A stretch of 64,000 nucleotides of DNA from Phoronis australis (GCA_002633005.1 NMRA01000207.1:519470-583469), one strand, 5' to 3'. Shown: positions 1-12,899, counted from the first letter of the stretch. The notes: a model not told the origin generated them from the letters alone. Numbers and translations: made by a program.

Positions 1-884
1 AAAATGTGTCTGCATGAAAGAAAGTGTCTTTTGTCATAGCCAAACCAGCCTGCCTTGCTTACTAGAATTCAAAACTGGGTCGACTGAAAATCACTTTTAT
101 GAACACACGAATTCTAAAGATTTTGTATAGTTGATGTTATAAAACATATCCCAACAAAATGACCGTGTATTTGTCGTCATGACAACTTGGCGTAAGTTGC
201 ATTTATTGCCAGATTAATCAACTGAGACTGAAGGCAATTGACAGGAGAGTTAGTTAGGGGTCTAAACTGTTCTGTAATTAGAAGGTTGTCTTTGGTATAG
301 TTATTACCTACTACTAACAGTCAATGTGGCTGTTAACAGAATTAGCCGTCAAGCAGGGGAAACGGACTATTTTGTCTCTCTCCGCATTGTTTATCAGATG
401 TTTGCAGTTCTGTGAAATGGCGTAATCACATGATAAAATGAACAGTTTGTTATGGTTGTCCAGTTTTAATATTCTGCACAACCAATCACAGTCTTTTAAC
501 TCACTAAAGAGTGTTTAACAACATATTAGCATTTAACATGTAATTGCTAAATGCGTTAATTAGTTAATAAAGCTTTAAATCAAGGAGCATGTTGTTTCTA
601 CCTTTGTTGCCATGGCATTCGCTATTGGTCTGATGCTGAAAACTTGAGCAGTATAATGACTTTCTTAACACTTTGCAAAAATCTGCATTTCTTCTCATAT
701 TTTTGTATTATATTTTATTTTGCGATTATTTATACTCTCCCCCAAAGTTATGTAAACTAGGTGATGTCTGTCTCATTACAATTTACCAATAGATCGCCTT
801 ATACTCTGCTGCTCCATTCCTTGAATTTGACAAATTTCATCAAATTTGAGATCTCTATTATTACACTGACCGTGTATATTGCAG

Positions 885-982
885 GAGCACTGTTGGCGGG
901 TTCCTCAGATTTCTACGTCTTCTCTCCACTCACGACTGGGCCTCGTCGCCAGTAATCATCAACTTCAATCAAGAACTGAAGC
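885..982 (+). CDS. NOL6: NOL6 (nucleolar protein 6 / Nrap / Utp22) internal coding exon; upstream exons are outside the window
   Basis: AG at 883-884 and GTAAGT donor at 983. Translates STVGGFLRFLRLLSTHDWASSPVIINFNQELK, matching the Nrap C-terminal GFLRFL..L...DW...P.IVNLN.EL motif. The phase-1 junction joins exon 5158 in frame. Confidence 0.9.
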
Positions 983-1184
983 GTAAGTATGTGATTTCAA
1001 CTCAGTAACAGTAGAGACGGCGTAAAAGACTCTCATCTTAGATCCGCATTCGTTTCTATTGAGCAATTATCGACAAAGATTGTTTATTGGCGAGTCGGAC
1101 ACATGTTTGCTCAAAGGACATGAGCACAAATGAAAGTCTCAGAGAATAACGTTCTGGACTGTGATGCGCTCATGTTTACATGGC

Positions 1185-1515
1185 TAAACCTTTATTTAAC
1201 AATTTAAAGTGAGAACTTCTAAACCTTTATTTAACAAATAATTTGTAAAGTGAGAACTTCTAAACCTTTATTTAACAATTGTAAAATGAGAACTTCTAAA
1301 CCTTTATTTAACAATTGTAAAGTAAAAACTTCTAAACCTTTATTTAACAATTGTAAAGTGAGAACTTCTAAACCTTTATTTAACAATTGTAAAGCAAAAA
1401 CTTCTAAACCTTTATTTAACAATTGTAAAGTGAGAACTTCTAAACCTTTATTTAACAATTGTAAAGTAAGAACTTCTAAACCTTTTATTATTTAACAATT
1501 GTAAAGTGAGAACTT
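1185..1515. repeat. 36-bp minisatellite, about 9 copies, in a NOL6 intron
   Basis: Unit ctaaacctttatttaacaattgtaaagtgagaactt. It accounts for the repetitive ORFs 1231-1458 and 1250-1495. Confidence 0.95.
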
Positions 1516-2455
1516 AAGACCAAATTTCTGTCTGAAGTCTTAATAGTCACTTTCATAAAATAGTCTCCCGGGCAAGAATGTGCTTGTTAAAGTGTCTGAT
1601 TGTGAATTGCAGTGTGATGCGTTTTCTAAATGCTTGTCTGTTAAGTTTGTCTTGAGCGTTCACATTGTGTTTAAGTCCGACCAGTTTATTCCGTTCATGT
1701 TTTGCGTCTTCACCTCTTGTGTTCATTTGACGTAGCTGGCCCCTATGTATTTGTGTGACATGAAACGAGCAATCTCTTATGAAAGGCAAATATCGTGAAA
1801 TGGTTGTGACTTCACCTCAAAGCAAATGGTCTCCTGGTTGCTAAGACAGAAATTTATGGGTCAGTGACGTGATCTGCAGCTTGTCGTCTTCCTGCTGTCA
1901 CCACATCCTGTCTCTTGCCGCAGTGTCACGGTTCTGTTGATGGTACTTTCAAGTAGTGTACCTGAACATCTCGGCAAACTTACGATTTTTTTCGGTCATC
2001 TAACAAACCAAGAGCTTTTGCATACTGAACAAGTACTGCTGCATATAAAATGAGAAAGACTTTACCTAGGAATTTTTAATTAAGTTTTATTCAGTGTTTT
2101 TTTTTCAATAATTCTGATGCTCATTATTAACAGCATCTGAAGTGATTAATTAGATTTCGAGGCTTGTGGCTGTGAACTGTCGAACGATCTCTGTCTTGGG
2201 GTTGATCCGGAAAGTGCTAGAAAGCTTGTCTAGAATTACTCTGTGAAATGATGTGTTATGCCTAGCTTTAGATTAAGCTGCTGTTGTTTCCTCGTTCGTT
2301 TAAGGTTGTTTAAACTCGAAACTCAGAATCATAGTGTTTCTGAAGAAGCCTCCATTAGACCCAAGACTTCCAACAGTCTGTATAGTATACCTGCCAGTGG
2401 TCTCTTGCATGGAAAGTGACTAAAGGCTGAAGACAGAAATTTAGTGTTATGCTCC
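1516..2455. mobile_element. Possible MITE/non-autonomous DNA transposon
   Basis: Left end taagaccaaatttctgtct is an imperfect inverted match to the right end agacagaaatttagtgttatgctcc. The same motif forms the palindrome at 2671-2730. No TSD seen. Confidence 0.4.
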
Positions 2456-2467
2456 CATTTCACAATT

Positions 2468-2575
2468 GTTAATTAGTCATTGTTAATTAGTCATTATTAA
2501 TTAGTCATTGTTATTATTGGCATATCACTGGAAATAATTTGAAATAATTTGAAATAATTTGAAATAATTTGAACA
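2468..2575. repeat. Short tandem repeats (14-bp gttaattagtcatt x3; 10-bp gaaataattt x4)
   Basis: Directly visible. Confidence 0.85.
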
Positions 2576-2670
2576 AATTATCGACTAAGTAAGTAGCAGT
2601 TTTGGATATACTCTCAGATAATTTATTCGTTTAAAATTCATGAATTTTAATACTTTTTCAGAAATTGTTC

Positions 2671-2730
2671 TTTGGAGCGTAAGACCAAATTTCTATCTTT
2701 TAAGATAGAAATTTGGTCTTACGCTCCAAA
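2671..2730. repeat. Perfect 29-bp-arm inverted repeat with a 2-nt spacer
   Basis: tttggagcgtaagaccaaatttctatctt-tt-aagatagaaatttggtcttacgctccaaa. Confidence 0.95.
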
Positions 2731-2994
2731 AAAGGATTAAATGTCCATGTTAATGAAACAGACCTCTGGTTATACTTTCTTTGAAGTGAAAAGCATTTTT
2801 GTTACATTTACTAAAATACAGAATATCTTTGAGACATGGTTTCACGTTAGTTGCTGTTCCCCTAGTATGTTTTACTATACGTGCAACAATAGAGGGTGAT
2901 GCAAGTTACCCAGAAAAGTGCCACATTTCGGATCTGCATACGATTCCGTGGAGCTAACACAAATGTCGGACACAGACTGCGTTCAATATTCAGT

Positions 2995-3500
2995 ATGTTT
3001 GCTCAGTGGAATTGAATGCAGAACCAAGATTCGGACCTTTATCTGGTCCGTTTACATTACTGTGTAGTGGATGGTAAAAACACCAGGGTAACAGCTAGCA
3101 CAAATAATGGACATGTGATCAATAGTTAGTAGCATGTGTTTGCTCAATGGAAGTGAATGCTGATCCAAGATACAGACCTTTTGTTGAGTCGCTTACGTCG
3201 AGTTCTGTTGTCCTATCGCAAGCTCCGCCCCTTGTGAAAAGTCACCGACAACGTGTTGTTTGTTTGGGTCGTGATTGGTCAGTTAAGCTGTCAGTCAAAA
3301 TCCTGGCGATAAGTTGACCCTATAGCTCACTGGGTTAACCTATTGCAAGCTCCGTCACCATGTGAAAAGTCATGGTCATGGTGTTGTTTGTCGGGTAAAA
3401 TGGCGACTTGGAAAGGCAGACAAAGGTGTGTCAAGAATGTTGCATTCTGATTGGTCAGTTAAACCTTCAGTTAAAGTCCTGGTGATAGGTCAATTATTGC
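2995..3500. repeat. Two pairs of diverged direct repeats with ~125-140 bp period
   Basis: tgtttgctca.tggaa.tgaatgc.ga.ccaagat at ~2996 and ~3137; cctat.gcaagctccg...tgtgaaaagtca...gattggtcagttaa at ~3212 and ~3339. Confidence 0.7.
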
Positions 3501-5157
3501 AGGGGTTATAAACACATGCCAGGCAAAATAATTGTCGCATCAAGATAACTAGGAATCCGTATGTTTTGTAAAGATGTTATCAGGAGTGGTTGCTTTCCTC
3601 TTTAAATGTTGCATGCTCTATTCTGGCTGTTTTATGTGGCTGTATCACAGGGGCATTTAAACACCATCAGGAGACACTAGTGTACAATGGGCTAGGTCAC
3701 TCACAATGAAACGAATTAAAAGTTTTGATGGAATTACATTTAATTTTACAAAATAGTTGATATGAGTATTGTAGCATATTTTTAATAAATTATGCTTGAT
3801 CAAGATATTGGCAACTGTCTTTAGAGCCCTATATGACGGGGGACAGGGATGTCATATTTGGGATGTCTTTTGATACATAGACTGAGAAAAATGATGCTAA
3901 GCAATACCTCATACTTGTGACTTTTTTGATTTTTGATGGTTTTAGTGTGATCACATGTGCATTGAAAAGTTGCATCAGAGCACCTGGTTGGCTTTAAATT
4001 TTCATCTCAGCAGAAACCAATTACCCTGTCTAGATGAGCTAAGCACAGCTTAACAATAAATGGCTTATTAACAGTGAGTGTGTAATGTACCATTTGTAAT
4101 TAAGTGCTGGTAATAAAGCCTGAATATTACCAGCACTGTGGGCAGAATAAATTAATATTCAATGAAAGCACACTACACAAATAATGCATGGGATGTATAA
4201 TGTTTGTACTGGTGTGTATGTTAATAACTATTATTTAGTTCAAACGTGATTTAAAGCTTCATTTCGCCTTTTTAGTTGGCTGGAAAGTATGTTAATCAAA
4301 TTTGTCCTTTTACTCTAACTTGTAAAATTGATTTCGTGACTGTTTCTTAGTTCTGTCGTAATCCAAGGTCTCTATATGGCACACATTCAAGTTATATGGC
4401 AATCATCTCGCAAATTCGAGATGGCCACCTTAAACTCAGTCAGTGACAAGCTTTACGTGACTGAGGTATAATTGTTCAAAATGTTAGTTTTGCAATTTTT
4501 AGCTCCTAGTATACTTCAATTTACTAAATATTTGCTCAAGAAATGGATTTTCCCCTCTCATATTTGTGCGGAAAAATCGGCCTCTGTTTAATTTGCACAT
4601 TGGTTGCAACCATTTTTTAATTTTGCTATTCATTTTGTACATACAATTTTTCCGGACATTCTACTTATTTTGCTCACCCCGCTTCTTGAAAAAATTATTT
4701 AATTTTGCTCAAATATGTAGTCATAGTGGTTACCATTAGTGACACCACTGTTTTTGCAGAGCTTGGAAATTATAGTCTAACAAATCTTCAGCTTTCCCCA
4801 TTTCCATATTTCTTAAAGGGAATGTCAAACAACGGCAATAATTTCTGGCTTTTTATATCAAAATATCCCTTGTAAACAGAAACACGGAAATATTTAAATT
4901 TAACCAAACGTGACTTTATAACTTTGAGGTGACAGTTACTGATTGTCAAATTATGGCCTCGTTACATTTTGTTATTTACCTGTTTTTGTCAGCAAAAGAT
5001 TTGGAAATTTCAGGATCTTTATTGTTCTTTGTTATTAGCGGTAACTGTATCCAATTGAGATTACCTCGTTAAGTTACAGCTTTATCTTTAGTTTCCAACT
5101 TGAAGAGAATGTTTTTCATATTAGTTGAACACAGGACATTTTAACTCTGCTCCATAG

Positions 5158-5372
5158 ATGATGAAATCACAGAAATACGCCAGAACTTTGCCAAACACAG
5201 GAAGTCTCTGCCTGCCATGTTCATCGTATCGACGTACAGCCACGAGCAATCTGTGTGGACGAGACACGGACCAGACGTGGTCATCCTGCAGAGGTTAGTT
5301 ACATTAGCAGGACAGTCCCTCAGGATACTGGAAGGACAGCTCTTAGGCGACACCATATCACCTGACTTCAAG
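5158..5372 (+). CDS. NOL6: NOL6 coding exon
   Basis: ccatag acceptor and AAG|gtgagt donor. Translates (H)DEITEIRQNFAKHRKSLPAMFIVSTYSHEQSVWTRHGPDVVILQRLVTLAGQSLRILEGQL, similar to NOL6 LPVMVIVTP..SVWTQDGP..ILQQLVVLA. Confidence 0.92.
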
Positions 5373-6194
5373 GTGAGTAGTAAGAGCACCTGTGCATTAG
5401 AAGAAGAGGCAAAAGTAATTGGACAAAATATTGTTTTCCGCCACGACGGCTAATTTTATGAACAGTGAAAAATGGTAATCATATTGTGCCAGCAAAAACC
5501 TGGTTACAGAATGGCTTGGCTGCCTTACTAAATTAAAATGTTCTTGTTAATTCATTTTCATTTTCGATCGTGAGGGAAGGTAACCATGACGATGAATTTG
5601 GATACTGCTCGGCCATCTTGACGGGGAGTTTTGAGTCATTTTGCCTTTTGGCCCGAACTGTTTCTATGACATTATGTGCTGACCAACATTTTGCTGTAGC
5701 AATGTTTCACTGGCTTTTGAAGTGAATTGGCAAGTTATTTTGGCCATACCTGCAACGAACTTAGAAGACAAGGTTTAGAGTGTCAAATGTTTCACTTTGA
5801 AACCTTTTACTCTTTGAGTGTCACTAGATGTCACCTGTTCATGCCAGAAATCACCGTTTGTACTCCATAGGAACATCTGATTTCTTAAGCTGATATTTCT
5901 GTAAAGGTTTATGTTATGGTTATGTAGGACCCATGAAAAATGTATAAAATTGGCCAATTGTCTAACATCTTACATACTGCAGAACTTGCTGACCTGGTCG
6001 ATGAGAAACTTTCAGATACCGTGTTTCCTTGTACTGTTCTCCATAGCACTATATGAGGTATTACCAAAGATAGGACTTTATAATGATTTTCATGAAACAA
6101 CTCTCAAGTTGCATGTAACGGAAATATAACGATATTTCAGAAAATTGCAACAAAATTTTTGAGATTTCAACTTGAACATTTATATGAAATAAAA

Positions 6195-6935
6195 TGTGAT
6201 TGTCAGGTTTTTCCCCATGGGTGTGTGGGCGCAGACTGTTACCTACCGGTGCTAATAGCTTTCGGTGCGACTGTAGAGTGAAGACGGGTTCGAGTTAATT
6301 ATATTAATCTTGACGGCACATTCACAAGCCTGCTCAAACAAAATGTCCGGCGTAATGTCTGTTCTATGATCCAGTCAGTGCTGCGAATCCTTGACTTGTG
6401 ATGAACATCTGAGACACTTTCAGCAACTGTTACACTCGTCGATTCAATAACCTTCTGTCTCTATAGCTGGCTCTCTATTGACCATCGCTGTAACTGCTGA
6501 TTCTCTTCAGTGCAACTCAGCTGTAACTCTCTTGCAACTAACTCAAATAACCCATGCCAGGGTACTTATAGTCTCTTACAATATTCTGAAACTTTTCACC
6601 TAGTATTAAAGCACATTCTAGAACTTTCCAGAAAGGCAATCATTCTACAAACATTCCAGAATGTTCCAGACTACATTAATCACTAACATGCTAGAATCTT
6701 GTAGAATGTTCCCCACCTTGGTATTGTAAACAAATTACATCATCACTGACCTGACCTCATGGGTCATGTCAATCAAGTGCTATCTGCTAGTATGCAAACA
6801 GAACAATAGAATAAAGTAATTCAACTAAAAGCAGTGTCTGTCTACTCCTGAGAGTGATCATGTTATTCATACCATTGTTTTGCTACGAGCATTTTTTGCT
6901 AAATTTTAGTAAAAAGGACATGGCTATGTGACACA
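6195..6935 (-). mobile_element. Possible solo LTR in a NOL6 intron
   Basis: TG...CA-like ends, a TATAAG on the minus strand at ~6565 and clustered ttctagaa/ttccagaa motifs of the kind seen in LTR U3 regions. No clean TSD. Confidence 0.35.
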
Positions 6936-7303
6936 AAATTATGGAAGATTAGTAAAGTAAAAAATGAAAATAATATAGGTTGTTAGCTTCCAAAAATGGA
7001 TACTTTTATTTAGATTTAAAATCTATACTCCGTTATAGGTAAGTAATCAGACTCGTCTCCTTCCTGACATGAATTAAAAGTGATTTCTAGCCATAAGAAG
7101 AGCTAACTGGTCATTGCCTATTAAGTCATTTATCACAATGGGTTTAGTTTTAGTTACCATGACAATATGGTCATCAGGAGATTGCTAGGCAATTTCTTTA
7201 GGAAATAATTATGAGAATGCCGTGATAGTGCTTTGGAGGATTGCAGGTGTGAAGAAAGATTTTTTTATCCTATGAGTTTGTTTTATGAAAAGCAACTTAA
7301 GAC

Positions 7304-8190
7304 TTAAAGAAGCATGGAACACAAAAGCTCATAAAAATATCTTTTAAGCAATCTCTGACGAAATTACCATCTTGCAACGTCTTCTACAGATTTATAGAGT
7401 TATACACTTTTCTCTTAGAGAGAATTTGTAGACAAAAATCACAAAATTCACGATTTTTGAAATACACGCGAAGGAAAAACTCTGTAGTCACCACAGAGTT
7501 TCCACTCTTGCTCTCACCTATGATAAATGCGCACATGCACGAGTCACACTCATTCGACAAACTCCTGACTGGCAAGACAGATATTAACGTCAGATTATCA
7601 TATGTACTCACACTCTGAATATGAGGTAGACAGCACACAGTATGAGGCATGCCCCCTGAGGTAGACAGCACAGTATGAGGCATGCCCCCTGAGGTAGACA
7701 GCACAGTATGAGGCATGCCCCCTGAGGTAGACAGCACAGTATGAGGCATGCCCCTAAAGCAAGCAATTTTCTAAAACTAATTCCAACTGCATCAATCCTA
7801 CGTTACCTTTATAACTAATTTTAAACAGTTAGGAATTACATCAATTGGTTCTTAATCGGCCTGGCTGCTACTTAGAGTTGACATTCTGTTTGTTTAGATC
7901 AAAGGTCAAAGGTCACATTTCCATAGGTCCTACATCTATGTTTTGCCATACCGATTAAAGAGTCGTACTTTGCCTTGTTGGGAGAAAAATAGACGTTGTG
8001 ATGACCAGTTGACATATCGTTTTTTTTAATTTGAAACTAAAGGAAAAATGCTATGATATCAATAGAAATTCAAAATCTTTACGAACAAAGTGTGAAAATG
8101 TCTGGTGGACATGTTAAATTATGTTTCAGTGGGGGAGATCACTCTGAATAATGCAATTAGGTCCGACTGTTTTTCGCATTGCAAGCCTCT
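7304..8190 (+). mobile_element. Dispersed TTAA-flanked non-autonomous DNA transposon (Kolobok-like), with an internal minisatellite
   Basis: Starts ttaaagaagcatgg..aaagctcat.aaaaatatcttttaa..ctgacgaaa.taccatc and aligns along its length with 31631-32206 and 43261-43836. Confidence 0.65.
7615..7753. repeat. 33-bp minisatellite, about 4 copies
   Basis: Unit atgaggcatgccccctgaggtagacagcacagt. It accounts for ORF 7384-7749. Confidence 0.92.
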
Positions 8191-8694
8191 TTATGAAATT
8201 TGGTCTTACGCTCTACACAAGTCAACTACTTTTGAAAAATATGGTTGTCCGAATCTCGTGTGAAAAACGCGAAACACTGCTCTTGGGATGTATGACATAA
8301 CAGTTGACTGTAAACAGTAATTGCACAGATATCAGGTCCTCAGTAGGCCAGGGTGGTAATATAGAGACCTGTGGTTCCATTCCCTGTTGGGGTTCCTGAT
8401 TTTTCTTTGTTTACTTGATATATTTCACTGTTGGCCAACCTCAACATCTACATGTTTACCATTTCTGAAAAACAGTTGAATCACACTTGAACAAAAGTGC
8501 AAAGTCTCTGAGAATATCCAAATAACTTCATCTATTTACTGAGTTTTGTAGGTTATTTCTACATTGTGATGCACTCATAATTACTTCGCTAAACGCTTAT
8601 TCTTGGAACTGTGAAGTCGGACCATAAGACCACATTTTCGTCTTTAGTCACTTTTCATGTAACACTCCTGAATTCAGTTTGTAGCGACCTGTAA

Positions 8695-8911
8695 GTGTCA
8701 TTGTGTCATTATGTCACTGTGTCATCGTGTCATTGTGTCACTGTGTCATTGTGTCATCGTGTCACTGTGTCATCGTGTCATTGTGTCATCGTGTCACTGT
8801 GTCACCGNCACTGTGTCATCGTGTCATCGTGTCATTGTGTCACTGTGTCATTGTGTCACTGTGTCATCGTGTCACTGTGTCATCGTGTCACCGTGTCACT
8901 GTGTCATTGTG
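8695..8911. repeat. 8-bp satellite (gtgtcatt/gtgtcatc/gtgtcact) containing a single N
   Basis: Directly visible. It accounts for the Cys/His/Val-rich ORFs at 8695-9013. Confidence 0.95.
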
Positions 8912-9151
8912 CCGGCCTATCCTAGGTTAACAAACATGCCTACAATGTTAGGATTTGAAAATACAGGTAGTCTTCAAAAATTGTTGAAAAATTTCATTTC
9001 AAAAGGGAAGTAAAATAAGTTGTTAGTGTTTGTTTCAAAATTAGTCATTTAAAAAGAGTAGAGCACCTTTGAAATTGCACATTTTTGAACCTTTGATATC
9101 ACTTTAAAGCATGGTTGATTGAATTAAACATCATATTTTCTCTGCTTTCAG

Positions 9152-9454
9152 CTTGTCTTCCGACCGCCACTTGATGCATATGATGTTCTCATCCATCTCC
9201 GCCTCAAACATGTTCCTCGCCACTGCCAAGCTGTGGACCCCTCCGCAACTGTCAATCACCCTTACTTCCAAGATGGCCACCGTGAAAAGGAAACAAGATG
9301 TCTGCCAGCTGTGAGCTTTGACCCTGTCCAGTGTTACCTACAGGAGTTGAAGGCATCCTTTGATGACGTCGCCCTGTTTTTTCACGATATTTTTGGTGGA
9401 CTTGTCATCGGAGTGTTATGGAAACCACACATTCATGAAGCGCAAGCATTCAAG
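9152..9454 (+). CDS. NOL6: NOL6 coding exon
   Basis: tttcag acceptor and AAG|gtgaga donor; 303 nt. Translates LVFRPPLDAYDVLIHL...FDPVQCYLQELK..FDDVALFFHDIFGGLVIGVLWKP, the hallmark NOL6 C-terminal motifs. Confidence 0.95.
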
Positions 9455-9665
9455 GTGAGAGATTCCTGCTACATACTGTGTATGTTACCATGGTCTTTGT
9501 CTTTAGAGGTCTGTCAAGTTAGTTTATCATGCTAAAAAGACAATATCAAACTTGTGATGTTAATGATTTACCATAAATTTTCACGGACAGTTAGTTGGAA
9601 TATCTCTGTGTTGGTTGGCATCATGCTTTGCTGATCATGCTGGGTTCTGTTGTTTGTATTTTTAG

Positions 9666-9827
9666 GTAAGCAATTTGTACCAGCGCATGGTCCGCACCAC
9701 CTCGTCGGATGTCCAGCTCGTGGCCAACTTTGACGCTTACTTAGAGGACTTCAGAATTATGGGACAGGGTTTGGTGGACAGCATTGAGTCAAAAATCAAA
9801 ATCTCAATAAAGCCTGGTGATCAGTGA
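9666..9827 (+). CDS. NOL6: NOL6 terminal coding exon
   Basis: ttttag acceptor. Translates VSNLYQRMV...VANFDAYLEDFRIMGQGLVDSIE...DQ* (compare VPNVEAILEDFAVLGEGLV). TGA at 9825-9827. Confidence 0.92.
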   Translation, partial: VSNLYQRMVRTTSSDVQLVANFDAYLEDFRIMGQGLVDSIESKIKISIKPGDQ

Positions 9828-9843
9828 TTAGATTTGGAAATTG

Positions 9844-9849
9844 AATAAA
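9844..9849 (+). promoter_or_regulatory. Candidate polyadenylation signal of NOL6
   Basis: AATAAA 16 nt after the stop codon, followed by T-rich sequence. Use as the real poly(A) signal is not shown. Confidence 0.4.
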
Positions 9850-10254
9850 AAATCTTTTTTCTGTATTCTTGCATTCAACTTATCTTGTATTAGGTGGGCC
9901 AGTGATGCGGGAATTGACTTGCTCGGTAATCTCCAGTTTGCTTTGATGGTTGCTTTCCTCTTTCCACTGAGGTATAATTCATACCCGGTAAAGTTTGACA
10001 AGGTGGAGATAACTCCAAAATAATGTGGACTGGTGTTGTACACACTTACGCAAGGTACGTGTAACATCGTAAAATCTCACTATTTTCGGACAAAAGTAAT
10101 CACCAAATTGTCCTCTTCTCATTTTTAATGCCTTCTTACGTCATTGTGAGTGGCCAGAAGATATCAATTTTTTGAATGATTGTAGCTATCATCGTGGTGT
10201 AAAATATTAATTTGGTGCAATATATTAAAGGGGAAATGAAATTTCAGCTGTCGG

Positions 10255-10453
10255 CCATATTGTGTCCTAAACTGGTGAGATTTTACGGTACAAAGTTAAG
10301 TAGTCCAAACTTGTACGTTCAAAAGCTTACTGCACATCTTCTGGTTGCATGTAGTGTCTGCTCATCACTTCCGCAACACAAGTCCCATTCACCTCATGTT
10401 TTATAATGGAGACTTTGTATGGTAAAATATCACCAATTTAGGACACAGTATGG
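10255..10453. mobile_element. MITE-like element with ~42-bp imperfect TIRs downstream of NOL6
   Basis: Left ccatattgtgtcctaaactggtgagattttacggtacaaagt; reverse complement of the right end ccatactgtgtcctaaattggtgatattttaccatacaaagt. Confidence 0.7.
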
Positions 10454-11568
10454 TGGATCAATACGTCATGTGGCCTTCGCACACAAGTTTTTTGACAGGA
10501 AGTCTTTTTATTGTTGTAGTTGTAGAAATTTGAACAGGTGGAACAAATGTATCTAGTTTGCACCTTCAACTACTTTTGATGACATGTGTACAGCAGGTCA
10601 GTCCTAGAATTTTGGCGTTTTTTTCCAGCATGTATTATGATCTCCAATTTCAAATTGCGTACTTTGCTACTTGAATACACTGTTGGGTAAAGAGTGCTGC
10701 TTTAACTCTCATTTTGGCAATTAGGAAGTTCAGGTCAGTGTACTTCGTTATCAAAGGTCATGGGTGACCAGAGCGACTGATTCAGTGGTTGTTTTAAAGA
10801 GAACGTATGGCAGTAAACAAGCAATCATTCACCTCGAACTATGGAATGCATGAATACGCTGCAGCGGCAGTGATATGCAGGGACTTTACAGACTTTCAAG
10901 TCCATTTTCAGGTTTTGTAGATAGAAAACATTGAGTCCAAAGATTGAGAAAGATGGTGAACGATGTAATCCAGAATCAAGAAAATTCATTTTCTGGGGGG
11001 AATTTCTGTATCCCAAATCCTAAAGCCTGTCCAAATTCAAGAAGCGCTACCATAGTTTGCATCGGACAATATTATGAAAAAAAATGTCGGCATTCACAAC
11101 AATGTTAGCAAATGAAAAAATGACAATTTTGGTAGTTATTTTTGTCCAAAACTTCTAGTAGAGATTTTTTTTTGACACAGACTCTCTGTAAACACATTCT
11201 TAGGCTTGAAAACAGACATCAAGTAAATAATTATATTGATGTCACAGTGGTAAACTTACTTAATGTTTGTGCTACAGGTCGTCTGGAGTTTGATTTGTAT
11301 GATTCTGCAGTTGGATTGGTCAATAGGAAGAGAAAATTAATGTTATTTTGACAATTATTTACATTGAGAGTAACTGTACTGTAACTAGTCTTCTAGGTCT
11401 GACTGGAGGGTAGTATGGCACCTGATCATTTTTCTTCTGTACAAAAGGGGTTCTTGTAAAACTATAGAGTAAGGCATTGTTGTCTGTTGTATAATTTTAT
11501 ACAAACTTGCTAGAATGCACCCTATGCAAGCTAGCACAGGCGAAAAAACAAACACACAAACTCAAGCA

Positions 11569-11570
<2 letters not shown>

Positions 11571-11599
<29 letters not shown>
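11571..11599. repeat. (CA)n microsatellite
   Basis: Directly visible. Confidence 0.95.
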
Positions 11600-12899
11600 C
11601 TGGTGTACCTTTATCAGTTTCATGATATGCTTTTACTGCTGCTATTGTTTCATTTCTTACCTGGAGATAAGAAATGATCAGTGTTACATGTATGGATGCC
11701 ATTTTGTATCCTGTTACAGCGGCGTATCTAGGATATCATAAGGGGGGGCTGACATTTTGTCTCGGGGAATTGCGCGAAACATGACTGTGTGGGCGGGCTG
11801 AGCCTAAAAAATAGATTGGCTCGAATCTCTGGTCATGTAGGCGACTAAAAAAACGGGAAACTGAATGCCGTTGACGGGCTCACAAACGGCTCTGAGCCTG
11901 CCTTCCCCCCACACACACAATCTAAAAATACCCACATTGTTAAATCTTGCATGTTGATTACTGGGAGTTAGTTAATAAAGTCAATATTTCCTCATGCTCT
12001 TACTGTTTTATTTTTTCCTGCAGCCTGTGCCCCCCTCCCCCCCAAATCTGCCTATGTGCTACAGCGACATCTTTTTGAATCCTGTTGCAGCGACATCTTT
12101 TGGTTTTAGCTTTTTGCTCATTGTGCAGTGCAGTTGTACACAGGATGGGTGTACGGGAACGGTCCTCGACAGATTCAAGCGTGCTCAGGTGTACAGTAAA
12201 GCCGGGTTGCAAAGAATTTTCGTATTCTGCAACCTTACCACGCATGCAAATCTCTTATCATGCTCTCAACACTTTTACCATGGAACCAGAACTCCAACCA
12301 CAAACAGGCACTCTTACCACGGACAATTTCCTATTCAAAAGACAGAAACGAGCGACCCAATTTCTAGTGAACGACATCCTCTGACGATCAATTATCACTC
12401 CCTCATTCGTCCGTGGTATGAGTGCCTGTGCGTGGACAGTGCATTACTTCACGAGACCTTGCGCATGCCCCTCAGCATTACAATTAGACGCATGAACTCG
12501 TACGCCTATATTCAAATTAATGTGTTTCCTTCGCAAAGGAATTTTATGGTAAAATAAAATATTTTTGCAAATGCCATCTTGATAGAGTACATTTCCGGTG
12601 TGAAAAATGAGATACTATCCGATTCATAATGTACGTGGTTCTCGTTCTCGAATTGCCTACTGCTGTTGAGCGTAAATTTGCGTATTTTCATTTTGTCTTC
12701 GTGAAACATTCCGTCACCGTATTCTACTGACACAACTTACGCTGTTGTGACAATTCAGTTGGGCCGTTGTACAGGCCGGTATGGTCATACGCAAAAGTTT
12801 TTATGGAAATTTGGACAAATTGTGACGACTTGTTCCCACAGCGCTAAAAATTGTCATTTTTGAGGTCGTGGAAATTTACGACGTGGCAATGTGAGCATG

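Noticed and set aside
1185-1515. 36-bp repeats resembling a CRISPR array or a repetitive protein
   Set aside because: The units are head-to-tail with no unique spacers, there are no cas genes, and the array lies in a eukaryotic intron.
8695-9013. Cys/His-rich, metallothionein-like ORFs
   Set aside because: These are translations of an 8-bp satellite that is open in all three frames.
11994-12557. 187-aa ORF
   Set aside because: No recognisable domain. It may be the antisense strand of further decayed Gypsy sequence.
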